Part shown: one piece after another, positions 1 through 9,129 of the stretch
Position numbering within the stretch: position 1 is the stretch's first letter
Layout of the letters: the number at the start of each line of letters is the position of its first letter
NCBI RefSeq assembly: GCF_013167455.1
Contig: NZ_CP038328.1
Strand: one strand, 5' to 3'
Length of the DNA stretch: 64,000 bases
DNA from: Escherichia coli O157:H7
GTDB lineage: Bacteria; Pseudomonadota; Gammaproteobacteria; Enterobacterales; Enterobacteriaceae
Made by a program: the position numbers and the translations under genes
Notes under the pieces: generated by a model
The model's input: the letters and a program-made list of their open reading frames with translations, nothing else
Told to the model about the DNA's origin: nothing
Database searches by the model: none

Positions 1-508
1 CCCACGCGCAGGTGGTACGCTGGTGTGCAATAAAACTGAAAATCCGCCGCTGTTCCGCGCGCTGGCGCTTCGTCGCAATCAGACTCTGCTCACTTTGCAC
101 AGCCTGAATATGCTGCATTCTCGCGGTTTCCTCGCGGAAGTTTTCGGCATCCTCGCGCGGCATAATATTTCGGTAGACTTAATCACCACGTCAGAAGTGA
201 GCGTGGCATTAACCCTTGATACCACCGGTTCAACCTCCACTGGCGATACGTTGCTGACGCAATCTCTGCTGATGGAGCTTTCCGCACTGTGCCGGGTGGA
301 GGTGGAAGAAGGTCTGGCGCTGGTCGCGTTGATTGGCAATGACCTGTCAAAAGCCTGCGGCGTTGGCAAAGAGGTATTCGGCGTACTGGAACCGTTCAAC
401 ATTCGCATGATTTGTTACGGCGCATCCAGCCATAACCTGTGCTTCCTGGTGCCCGGCGAAGATGCCGAGCAGGTGGTGCAAAAACTGCATAGTAATTTGT
501 TTGAGTAA
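1..508 (+). CDS. lysC: aspartokinase III (lysine-sensitive), C-terminal part; 5' end outside window
   Basis: Frame ending at 508 translates to the LysC C-terminus (...EQVVQKLHSNLFE stop); no start codon inside the window. Confidence 0.9.
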   Translation, partial: PRAGGTLVCNKTENPPLFRALALRRNQTLLTLHSLNMLHSRGFLAEVFGILARHNISVDLITTSEVSVALTLDTTGSTSTGDTLLTQSLLMELSALCRVEVEEGLALVALIGNDLSKACGVGKEVFGVLEPFNIRMICYGASSHNLCFLVPGEDAEQVVQKLHSNLFE

Positions 509-760
509 ATACTGTATGGCCTGGAAGCTATATTTCGGGCCGTATTGATTTTCTTGTCACTATGCTCATCAATAAACGAGCCTGTACTCTGTTAACCAGC
601 GTCTTTATCGGAGAATAATTGCCTTTAATTTTTTTATCTGCATCTCTAATTAATTATCGAAAGAGATAAATAGTTAAGAGAAGGCAAAATGAATATTATC
701 AGTTCTGCTCGCAAACGAATTCCCGTACACTGAACTCTCTGGCTCACTGAGGGCACCATC

Positions 761-1033
761 ATGGCACTCCCCCGTATTACCCAAAAAGAGATGACTGAAC
801 GCGAGCAGCGTGAACTTAAAACACTGCTGGATCGGGCGCGGATTGCGCATGGTCGCGTACTGACCAACTCCGAAACCAACAGCATTAAGAAAGAGTACAT
901 CGATAAATTAATGGTCGAGCGTGAGGCTGAAGCGAAAAAAGCCCGCCAGTTAAAGAAAAAGCAGGCTTATAAACCGGATCCTGAAGCGTCATTTAGCTGG
1001 TCAGCAAATACGTCGACGCGCGGCAGGCGCTGA
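761..1033 (+). CDS. yjbD: DUF3811-family small protein YjbD
   Basis: 90-aa ORF MALPRITQKEMTEREQRELK... matches remembered YjbD; conserved position between lysC and rluF. Confidence 0.85.
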   Translation: MALPRITQKEMTEREQRELKTLLDRARIAHGRVLTNSETNSIKKEYIDKLMVEREAEAKKARQLKKKQAYKPDPEASFSWSANTSTRGRR

Positions 1034-1906
1034 TTAGCGCCCCTTCTTTTTTCGCCCCGGCGAGGTAAAACGCTTACCGTTGGACGCCGGGCGACCGCCT
1101 TTTTCCGCCGTTTTTTCCATCTTAACGACTGGACGTTTGATGCCCGCTGTTTTCGGTTTGGCCTTCGCTTTAGGTTTTGCCTCGGAAGAGGAATTTTCGA
1201 TGAGCTTAAAGAGGTCGATTAACTCATCGTCGGTTAAATCGCGCCACTCCCCCAGCGGAATGCCGCTTAAGCTGACGTTCATAATGCGCGTACGTTCCAG
1301 CTTTTTCACTTCATAGCCGAAATGCTCGCACATGCGCCGGATCTGACGGTTCAGCCCCTGCACCAGGGTAATGCGGAAGACAAACGGCGCTTCTTTTTTG
1401 ACTTTGCACTTTTTAGTCACCGTCCCGAGGATCGGCACCCCCGCCCCCATACCACGAATAAATTCATCGGTAATCGGTTTATCGACCGTCACCAGATACT
1501 CTTTCTCATGATCGTTACCCGCACGGAGGATCTTATTCACCAGATCGCCGTGATTGGTGAGGAAAATCAGCCCCTGGGAGTCTTTATCCAGGCGGCCAAT
1601 CGGGAACACGCGTTTGCTGTGGTTAACGAAATCGACAATGTTATCGCGCTCGCCATCTTCGGTGGTGCTGACAATGCCTACGGGCTTGTTCAGGGCGATA
1701 AGTACCAAATCTTCGGCTTCCCGAGGCTCAATCAACTGACCGTTTACTTTCACAACGTCGCCGGGTTTCACCTGATCGCCAATGGTGGCTCGCTTGCCAT
1801 TAAGGAACACATTGCCTTGCTCGATATAGCGATCCGCTTCGCGGCGTGAGCAAATTCCGCTTTCGCTGATGTATTTATTTAAACGGACTGATGAGTCGGG
1901 CAGCAT
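1034..1906 (-). CDS. rluF: 23S rRNA pseudouridine synthase F
   Basis: 290-aa ORF with S4 domain and RluA-type core ([18 protein letters not shown]), lysine-rich C-tail; stop codon directly abuts yjbD stop. Confidence 0.92.
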   Translation of the reverse strand: MLPDSSVRLNKYISESGICSRREADRYIEQGNVFLNGKRATIGDQVKPGDVVKVNGQLIEPREAEDLVLIALNKPVGIVSTTEDGERDNIVDFVNHSKRVFPIGRLDKDSQGLIFLTNHGDLVNKILRAGNDHEKEYLVTVDKPITDEFIRGMGAGVPILGTVTKKCKVKKEAPFVFRITLVQGLNRQIRRMCEHFGYEVKKLERTRIMNVSLSGIPLGEWRDLTDDELIDLFKLIENSSSEAKPKAKAKPKTAGIKRPVVKMEKTAEKGGRPASNGKRFTSPGRKKKGR

Positions 1907-2253
1907 AAATTCTCCTGTAAAACGCGGAATATACCGTACCTCTTAGCGGGGAAAAACAGGGTTATGCGGCAACGTCGAAATTAAATGTGATCTGCCACGC
2001 CTTTTATCACAAAAGTGTCTCCGGAAGTACAATGCAAATTTGCGTGGCAAAATAAGGATAATCAACATATTACGAATCGCTGCACACCTGTGCTGATAAC
2101 TACTGCGCAGAGAAACAAATGTGCAAGAGAAAGCGCTATTTCTCCCCATGCAAAGAGTGAAAAATCGCTTTGAAAGGCCATCATGATGGGGTTATATCAG
2201 ATCAAGCGGTGAGAAAGCGTATTTGCACAAATGTGCAGAACCAGGAGGCGGCA

Positions 2254-3201
2254 ATGGAAAACAGTGACGATATCCGTTTGATTGTGAAGATTGCCCAACT
2301 CTATTACGAACAGGATATGACGCAGGCGCAAATCGCGCGCGAACTGGGTATTTACCGCACCAACATCAGCCGCTTGCTTAAACGAGGCCGCGATCAGGGA
2401 ATTGTCACCATCGCCATCAACTATGACTACAACGAAAATCTCTGGCTGGAGCAGCAACTGAAGCAAAAGTTTGGCCTGAAAGACGTTGTGGTGGTGTCGG
2501 GAAATGATGAGGATGAAGAGACTCAACTGGCGATGATGGGGTTACACGGCGCGCAACTGCTGGATCGCTTGCTGGAGCCTGGCGATATTGTCGGTTTTTC
2601 CTGGGGTCGCGCGGTGAGCGCACTGGTTGAAAACTTGCCGCAGGCGGGGCAATCGCGGCAGTTAATCTGCGTACCAATTATTGGCGGACCGTCCGGTAAA
2701 CTCGAAAGCCGCTATCACGTAAACACATTAACCTACAGCGCGGCAGCGAAGCTGAAAGGGGAATCGCATCTCGCGGATTTTCCGGCTCTACTGGATAACC
2801 CATTAATTCGTAATGGGATCATGCAGTCTCAGCACTTTAAAACCATCTCTGCCTACTGGGATAATCTGGATGTCGCCCTGGTGGGAATTGGCTCACCGGC
2901 CATTCGCGACGGCGCTAACTGGCATGCGTTTTATGGTGGTGAAGAGAGTGACGACCTGAATGCCCGCCAGGTTGCTGGCGATATTTGCTCGCGCTTTTTT
3001 GATATTCACGGCGAAATGGTTGAAACGAATATGAGCGAAAAAACACTCTCTATCGAAATGAATAAATTAAAGCAGGCACGATATTCCATTGGCATTGCCA
3101 TGAGTGAAGAAAAATACAGCGGAATTATTGGTGCACTGCGTGGAAAATATATTAATTGTCTGGTAACGAATAGCAGCACAGCTGAACTATTACTGAAATA
3201 A
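2254..3201 (+). CDS. sorC: SorC-family transcriptional regulator of the L-sorbose operon
   Basis: Start chosen at internal ATG 2254 (MENSDDIRLIVKIAQLYYEQDMTQAQIARELGI...) preceded by AGGAGG at 2243-2248; N-terminal HTH plus sugar-phosphate-binding domain typical of SorC/DeoR. Confidence 0.85.
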   Translation: MENSDDIRLIVKIAQLYYEQDMTQAQIARELGIYRTNISRLLKRGRDQGIVTIAINYDYNENLWLEQQLKQKFGLKDVVVVSGNDEDEETQLAMMGLHGAQLLDRLLEPGDIVGFSWGRAVSALVENLPQAGQSRQLICVPIIGGPSGKLESRYHVNTLTYSAAAKLKGESHLADFPALLDNPLIRNGIMQSQHFKTISAYWDNLDVALVGIGSPAIRDGANWHAFYGGEESDDLNARQVAGDICSRFFDIHGEMVETNMSEKTLSIEMNKLKQARYSIGIAMSEEKYSGIIGALRGKYINCLVTNSSTAELLLK

Positions 3202-3270
3202 AAATCTTCCCGATGTTTATCGTAATAAAAATTACGGCGGGTCCCTATTATCTAAAATCAGGAGTCTGTT

Positions 3271-4077
3271 ATGCAAACGTGGTTAAATTTGCAGGATAAA
3301 ATCATTATCGTCACCGGCGGCGCATCCGGTATTGGTCTGGCGATTGTAGAGGAATTATTAGCACAAGGCGCAAACGTACAGATGGTAGATATTCACGGTG
3401 GCGATGGACAATATGAAGGTCATAAAGGCTATCAGTTTTGGCCGACCGATATTTCCAGCGCCAAAGAGGTAAATCATACGGTAGCGGAAATTATCCAGCG
3501 TTTTGGTCGCATCGACGGTCTGGTCAATAACGCCGGGGTCAATTTCCCGCGTCTGCTGGTCGATGAGAAAGCGCCTGCCGGGCAGTATGAACTCAACGAA
3601 GCTGCATTCGAAAAAATGGTCAATATCAACCAGAAAGGCGTTTTTCTGATGTCGCAGGCGGTGGCGCGACAGATGGTCAAACAACATGATGGCGTGATTG
3701 TGAATGTTTCCTCAGAAAGTGGGCTGGAAGGCTCAGAAGGCCAAAGCTGTTACGCCGCTACCAAAGCCGCGCTCAATAGCTTCACGCGCTCCTGGTCGAA
3801 AGAGCTGGGTAAACACGGTATCCGTGTGGTCGGTATCGCGCCGGGGATTCTGGAAAAAACCGGGCTACGCACGCCGGAATATGAAGAGGCGCTGGCGTGG
3901 ACGCGCAATATCACCGTCGAGCAGCTGCGTGAAGGCTATACCAAAAACGCCATTCCTATTGGGCGCGCCGGAAGATTAGCAGAAATCGCTGATTTTGTTT
4001 GTTATCTGCTGTCTGAACGCGCCAGCTATATCACCGGAGTAACCACTAACATTGCGGGCGGCAAAACGCGCGGCTAA
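3271..4077 (+). CDS. sorD: short-chain dehydrogenase, D-glucitol(sorbitol)-6-phosphate dehydrogenase of sor operon
   Basis: 268-aa ORF with SDR Rossmann motif TGGASGIG and catalytic YxxxK (SCYAATKAA); RBS AGGAG upstream. Confidence 0.85.
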   Translation: MQTWLNLQDKIIIVTGGASGIGLAIVEELLAQGANVQMVDIHGGDGQYEGHKGYQFWPTDISSAKEVNHTVAEIIQRFGRIDGLVNNAGVNFPRLLVDEKAPAGQYELNEAAFEKMVNINQKGVFLMSQAVARQMVKQHDGVIVNVSSESGLEGSEGQSCYAATKAALNSFTRSWSKELGKHGIRVVGIAPGILEKTGLRTPEYEEALAWTRNITVEQLREGYTKNAIPIGRAGRLAEIADFVCYLLSERASYITGVTTNIAGGKTRG

Positions 4078-4086
4078 GGAGGCTTT

Positions 4087-4494
4087 ATGGTCAACGCCAT
4101 TTTTTGTGCCCACGGCAAATTAGCTTGCGCCATGCTGGAATCGGTTCAGATGGTTTACGGCAACGCCAATGTTGAAGCCGTTGAATTTGTGCCCGGTGAA
4201 AACGCCGGAGACATCGTAGCAAAGCTGGAAAAATTAGTAAGCATTCACAATCAAAATGAGTGGCTGATTGCCGTGGATTTACAGTGCGGCAGCCCGTGGA
4301 ATGCGGCAGCGATGCTTGCGATGCGCAATCCTCGTCTGCGGGTAATCAGCGGACTTTCTCTGCCGCTGGCGCTCGAACTGGTTGATAACCAGGACAGCAT
4401 GAATGTTGATGAACTGTGTGAACACCTGACGCAAATCGCAAAGCAAACCTGCGTTGTCTGGAAACAACTGGCAACGACAGAGGAGGATTTCTGA
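4087..4494 (+). CDS. sorF: PTS mannose/sorbose-family EIIA component
   Basis: 135-aa ORF, EIIA-Man family size and context; RBS AAGGAGG at 4077-4083; stop overlaps sorB start by 1 nt. Confidence 0.82.
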   Translation: MVNAIFCAHGKLACAMLESVQMVYGNANVEAVEFVPGENAGDIVAKLEKLVSIHNQNEWLIAVDLQCGSPWNAAAMLAMRNPRLRVISGLSLPLALELVDNQDSMNVDELCEHLTQIAKQTCVVWKQLATTEEDF

Positions 4495-4988
4495 TGAACA
4501 TTACGCTCGCCCGCATTGATGACCGCCTGATCCACGGTCAGGTCACTACCGTCTGGTCGAAAGTGGCTAACGCCCAGCGCATTATTATCTGCAATGACGA
4601 AGTTTATAACGATGAAGTTCGCCGGACATTATTGCGTCAGGCTGCGCCACCGGGAATGAAGGTTAACGTGGTCAATATTGAAAAAGCCGTCGCGGTTTAT
4701 CACAACCCGCAATATCAGGACGAAACCGTTTTTTATCTTTTCACTCGCCCACAGGATGCCTTAGCGATGGTTCGCCAGGGGGTAAAAATAGGCACCCTGA
4801 ATATTGGCGGCATGGCCTGGCGGCCCGGTAAAAAACAGTTAACCAAAGCGGTTTCATTAGATGATGATGATATTAACGCATTTCATGAGTTAAATAATCT
4901 AGGCGTCATACTGGATTTACGCGTCGTAGCGTCAGATCCCTCAATCAATATTATCTACAAAATAAACGAACAGTTAATCGCAAATTAA
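4494..4988 (+). CDS. sorB: PTS mannose/sorbose-family EIIB component
   Basis: 164-aa ORF MNITLARIDDRLIHGQVTT... (EIIB-Man signature with phosphorylatable His in RLIHGQV); RBS AGGAGGA upstream. Confidence 0.88.
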   Translation: MNITLARIDDRLIHGQVTTVWSKVANAQRIIICNDEVYNDEVRRTLLRQAAPPGMKVNVVNIEKAVAVYHNPQYQDETVFYLFTRPQDALAMVRQGVKIGTLNIGGMAWRPGKKQLTKAVSLDDDDINAFHELNNLGVILDLRVVASDPSINIIYKINEQLIAN

Positions 4989-5053
4989 ATAATAGCGCCT
5001 GTGTACATATGCTTTAACAGGCAGGGATGACGACACTTAAAAGGTGACAAATC

Positions 5054-5851
5054 ATGGAAATAAGTACCCTACAAATCATTGCTATATTTCTTTTTTCCTG
5101 TATTGCCGGAATGGGCAGCGTGCTGGATGAATTTCAGACTCATCGCCCGTTAATTGCCTGTACGGTGATTGGTTTAATTCTCGGTGATTTAAAAACCGGA
5201 ATAATACTCGGTGGTACGCTGGAATTGATAGCTCTCGGCTGGATGAACGTCGGCGCGGCGCAATCTCCGGATTCTGCACTCGCCAGCATAATCTCCGCCA
5301 TTCTGGTTATCGTTGGTCAGCAAAGCATCGCCACCGGAATCGCCATCGCGTTGCCTGTGGCTGCGGCAGGCCAGGTGCTGACGGTGTTTGCCCGTACCAT
5401 CACCGTAGTGTTCCAGCACGCGGCGGATAAAGCAGCGGAAGAAGCACGGTTTCGCACTCTCGATATTCTGCATGTCTCCGCGCTTGGCGTGCAGGCGCTG
5501 CGCGTCGCCATTCCGGCACTGATTGTCTCGCTGTTCGTCAGCGCCGATATGGTGAGCAATATGTTAAACGCCATTCCCGAATTTGTGACCCGAGGTCTGC
5601 AAATTGCTGGCGGTTTTATCGTGGTAGTCGGTTACGCCATGGTGCTACGTATGATGGGCGTGAAATATTTGATGCCTTTCTTTTTCCTCGGTTTCCTCGC
5701 AGGTGGCTACCTCGATCTCAGTCTGCTGGCGTTCGGTGGCGTCGGCGTGATCATGGCCCTGGTCTACATCCAGCTAAATCCACAGTGGCGTAAAGCTGAA
5801 CCTCAACTCCTGGCCCCCGCTTCCACCGCCCTTGACCAACTTGACGATTAA
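5054..5851 (+). CDS. sorA: PTS mannose/sorbose-family EIIC membrane component
   Basis: 265-aa hydrophobic ORF, multiple TM segments, EIIC-Man family context. Confidence 0.85.
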   Translation: MEISTLQIIAIFLFSCIAGMGSVLDEFQTHRPLIACTVIGLILGDLKTGIILGGTLELIALGWMNVGAAQSPDSALASIISAILVIVGQQSIATGIAIALPVAAAGQVLTVFARTITVVFQHAADKAAEEARFRTLDILHVSALGVQALRVAIPALIVSLFVSADMVSNMLNAIPEFVTRGLQIAGGFIVVVGYAMVLRMMGVKYLMPFFFLGFLAGGYLDLSLLAFGGVGVIMALVYIQLNPQWRKAEPQLLAPASTALDQLDD

Positions 5852-5861
5852 CGGAGCCATC

Positions 5862-6686
5862 ATGGAACAGAGAAAAATTACACGCGGCGATCTGGTGAGC
5901 ATGTTTCTGCGCTCCAACCTGCAACAGGCGTCCTTTAACTTTGAACGTATTCACGGGCTGGGTTTTTGCTACGACATGATCCCCGCCATCAAGCGACTTT
6001 ACCCAGTAAAAGAGGATCAGGTTGCGGCGCTCAGGCGACACCTGGTGTTCTTTAATACCACGCCAGCCGTATGTGGCCCGGTCATCGGCGTCACTGCCGC
6101 CATGGAAGAGGCGCGGGCCAACGGCGCGGAAATTGATGACGGCACCATTAACGGCATCAAAGTCGGTCTGATGGGACCATTGGCAGGGGTTGGCGATCCA
6201 CTGGTCTGGGGAACGCTGCGCCCGATTACCGCCGCGCTCGGCGCATCGCTGGCGCTGTCTGGCAACATTCTCGGCCCGCTGCTGTTCTTCTTTATTTTCA
6301 ACGCGGTGCGTCTGGCGATGAAGTGGTATGGCCTACAGCTCGGCTTTCGCAAAGGGGTGAATATCGTCAGCGATATGGGCGGGAATGTGCTGCAAAAACT
6401 CACCGAAGGCGCGTCGATTCTCGGACTGTTTGTGATGGGCGTGCTGGTCACCAAATGGACGTCAATCAACGTACCGTTGGTGGTTTCACAAACGCATGCC
6501 GCCGATGGCTCCACCGTCACCATGACCGTGCAGAACATTCTCGATCAACTTTGCCCTGGTTTGCTGGCGCTCGGTCTGACGCTACTGATGGTTCGTCTGC
6601 TCAACAAAAAAATTAACCCGGTATGGCTGATTTTCGCCCTGTTTGGCTTAGGGATTATCGGCAATGCGCTGGGCTTCCTGTCCTGA
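5862..6686 (+). CDS. sorM: PTS mannose/sorbose-family EIID membrane component
   Basis: Start chosen at ATG 5862 (MEQRKITRGDL...) after GGAG; 274 aa, hydrophobic, EIID-Man family. Confidence 0.85.
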   Translation: MEQRKITRGDLVSMFLRSNLQQASFNFERIHGLGFCYDMIPAIKRLYPVKEDQVAALRRHLVFFNTTPAVCGPVIGVTAAMEEARANGAEIDDGTINGIKVGLMGPLAGVGDPLVWGTLRPITAALGASLALSGNILGPLLFFFIFNAVRLAMKWYGLQLGFRKGVNIVSDMGGNVLQKLTEGASILGLFVMGVLVTKWTSINVPLVVSQTHAADGSTVTMTVQNILDQLCPGLLALGLTLLMVRLLNKKINPVWLIFALFGLGIIGNALGFLS

Positions 6687-6737
6687 TTCTTCGCCCCGGC
6701 ACGACTGCCGGGGCCATCGTTCAACATGAGGTGGTTT

Positions 6738-7967
6738 ATGAAAACAACAGCTCTGCGTCTTTATGGTAAACGTGATTTACGCCTGGAAACCTTTGACCTT
6801 CCTGAAATGCAGGAGGATGAAATCCTCGCGACGGTGGTCACTGACAGCCTGTGCCTCTCTTCCTGGAAAGAGGCCAATCTGGGTGAAAACCATAAAAAAG
6901 TACCCGACGATGTGGCGACCAACCCAATCATCATCGGCCACGAGTTTTGCGGCGATATTCTGGCCGTGGGTAAAAAGTGGCAGCACAAATTCCAGCCGGG
7001 TCAGCGTTATGTGATTCAGGCCAACCTGCAACTCCCCGACCGCCCGGACTGCCCCGGCTACTCCTTCCCGTGGGTAGGCGGCGAGGCCACGCATGTGGTT
7101 ATTCCCAACGAGGTCATGGAACAAGATTGCCTGCTGGCATACGACGGCGAAACCTATTTTGAAGGCTCGCTGGTTGAACCGCTTTCCTGCGTGATTGGCG
7201 CGTTCAACGCCAACTATCATCTTCAGGAAGGTAGTTATAACCACACGATGGGGATTCGCCCGCAAGGGCGCATGCTGATCCTCGGCGGCACCGGACCAAT
7301 GGGACTGTTGGCGATTGATTATGCGCTACATGGACCCGTTAACCCGTCGCTGCTCGTCATTACCGATACCGACAACGATAAATTGAGTTATGCGCGCAAG
7401 CACTATCCATCAGAACCGCAAACACTGATTCATTATCTCAATGCCGCCGATGCAGCATTTGATACGCTAATGGCGCTGAGTGGCGGTCACGGCTTCGATG
7501 ATATTTTCGTCTTTGTGCCTAATGAAGGACTGGTGACTCTCGCCTCTTCCTTGCTGGCGACAGATGGTTGCCTGAATTTCTTCGCCGGACCGCAGGATAA
7601 ACATTTCAGCGCGCCAATTAATTTCTACGATGTGCATTATGCATTTACCCACTACGTGGGCACGTCAGGCGGCAATACCGACGACATGCGCGCAGCGGTC
7701 AAATTGATTGAAGAGAAAAAAGTGCAGGCCGCAAAAGTGGTAACACATATTCTTGGGCTGAATGCCGCGGGCGAAACCACGCTTGAATTGCCTGCCGTCG
7801 GCGGCGGCAAAAAGCTGGTGTATACCGGGAAATACCTGCCGCTGACGTCACTCACGCAGATTCAGGATCAAGCACTGGCGGCGATTCTGGCGCGTCATCA
7901 GGGGATCTGGTCCGGTGAGGCGGAGCAATATCTGCTCACTCATGCAGAGGCAATTTCCCATGATTAA
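6738..7967 (+). CDS. sorE: L-sorbose-1-phosphate reductase (zinc-type medium-chain dehydrogenase)
   Basis: Start chosen at ATG 6738 (MKTTALRLYGKRDLRLETF...) after GAGGTGG; 409 aa, MDR fold with GHEFCG motif. Confidence 0.83.
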   Translation: MKTTALRLYGKRDLRLETFDLPEMQEDEILATVVTDSLCLSSWKEANLGENHKKVPDDVATNPIIIGHEFCGDILAVGKKWQHKFQPGQRYVIQANLQLPDRPDCPGYSFPWVGGEATHVVIPNEVMEQDCLLAYDGETYFEGSLVEPLSCVIGAFNANYHLQEGSYNHTMGIRPQGRMLILGGTGPMGLLAIDYALHGPVNPSLLVITDTDNDKLSYARKHYPSEPQTLIHYLNAADAAFDTLMALSGGHGFDDIFVFVPNEGLVTLASSLLATDGCLNFFAGPQDKHFSAPINFYDVHYAFTHYVGTSGGNTDDMRAAVKLIEEKKVQAAKVVTHILGLNAAGETTLELPAVGGGKKLVYTGKYLPLTSLTQIQDQALAAILARHQGIWSGEAEQYLLTHAEAISHD

Positions 7968-8127
7968 TCGCGCTACTTAACTCTGCATGTCGCTGGCTGG
8001 TCACCGCGGCAACTTCGCGACCTGATGTGCGGCTGATTGCTGAAGCGGCCCAATGTGCACGAGAAGGATAAAAAAACATCAGCGCCTTAAGGGGCGCTCA
8101 AATTGGTGGCAAAGTACACATTGTTTA

Positions 8128-8226
8128 TGCCGGATGCGGAATAAAGCCTTATTCGGCCTACATAATCTCGAAAATTCAATATATTGCAGTTATCTGGTAG
8201 GCCTGGTAAGCGTAGCGCATCAGGCA
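8128..8226. repeat. pair of oppositely oriented REP-like palindromic units (BIME-like) downstream of sorE
   Basis: GCCGGATGCGGAATAAAGCCTTATTCGGCCTAC at 8128-8162 and GTAGGCCTGGTAAGCGTAGCGCATCAGGC at 8197-8226. Confidence 0.75.
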
Positions 8227-8349
8227 ATGCTGTGTTTGTCATCAGTCTCAGCGCCCGGTGCAATACGTGACATCGTGAGCCATGTCAGTAAGTGGTTAAA
8301 TTCGCAGTGGTAGCATGCCTTCCGTGATTTCTTACTAACCGGAGAAGTA

Positions 8350-9039
8350 ATGGAACTGCTTTTATTGAGTAACTCGACGCTGCCGGGTAAAGCCTGGCTG
8401 GAACATGCACTGCCGCTGATTGCTGAACAGTTGCAGGGTCGCCGCTCAGCGGTGTTTATCCCTTTCGCTGGCGTAACGCAGACCTGGGATGATTACACAG
8501 CGAAAACGGCTGCGGTTCTCGCTCCGCTGGGTGTTTCTGTCACCGGTATTCATAGCGTTGTCGATCCCGTTGCCGCGATTGAAAATGCGGAAATTGTGAT
8601 TGTCGGCGGCGGTAATACTTTCCAGTTGCTGAAACAGTGCCGCGAGCGCGGGCTGCTGGCTCCAATTACTGACGTGGTTAAACGTGGCGCGCTGTATATT
8701 GGCTGGAGCGCAGGCGCTAACCTTGCTTGCCCAACCATTCGTACCACCAACGATATGCCGATTGTCGATCCGCAAGGTTTCGATGCGCTAAATCTGTTCC
8801 CGTTGCAAATCAACCCGCACTTCACCAACGCGCTGCCGGAAGGCCATAAAGGTGAAACCCGTGAGCAGCGTATTCGCGAACTGCTGGTCGTCGCGCCAGA
8901 ACTGACGATTATTGGTCTACCGGAAGGTAACTGGATCACAGTGAGTAAAGGTCACGCAACGCTGGGTGGCCCGAATACCACCTATGTGTTTAAGGCCGGT
9001 GAAGAAGCGGTTCCGCTGGAAGCTGGTCACCGTTTTTAA
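8350..9039 (+). CDS. pepE: alpha-aspartyl dipeptidase (peptidase E)
   Basis: 229-aa [33 protein letters not shown]... matches PepE. Confidence 0.93.
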
Positions 9040-9046
9040 GTGAATT

Positions 9047-9116
9047 GCCGGATGCATGATCCGGCATCTTGTTCATAGTGCCTGATGCGACGCTTGACGC
9101 GTCTTATCAGGCCTAC
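9047..9116. repeat. hairpin plus REP element between convergent pepE and yjbB
   Basis: GCCGGATGCATGATCCGGC hairpin at 9047-9065, REP unit GCCTGATGCGACGCTTGACGCGTCTTATCAGGCCTAC at 9080-9116. Confidence 0.75.
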
Positions 9117-9129
9117 AGGATTCACAATA

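Noticed and set aside
646-900. 84-aa minus-strand ORF in the lysC-yjbD spacer
   Set aside because: AT-rich promoter/terminator region, overlaps the yjbD start, low-complexity translation
8053-8313. 86-aa ORF between sorE and pepE
   Set aside because: Spans two REP-like palindromes and a hairpin; REP arrays commonly generate spurious ORFs, and there is no RBS
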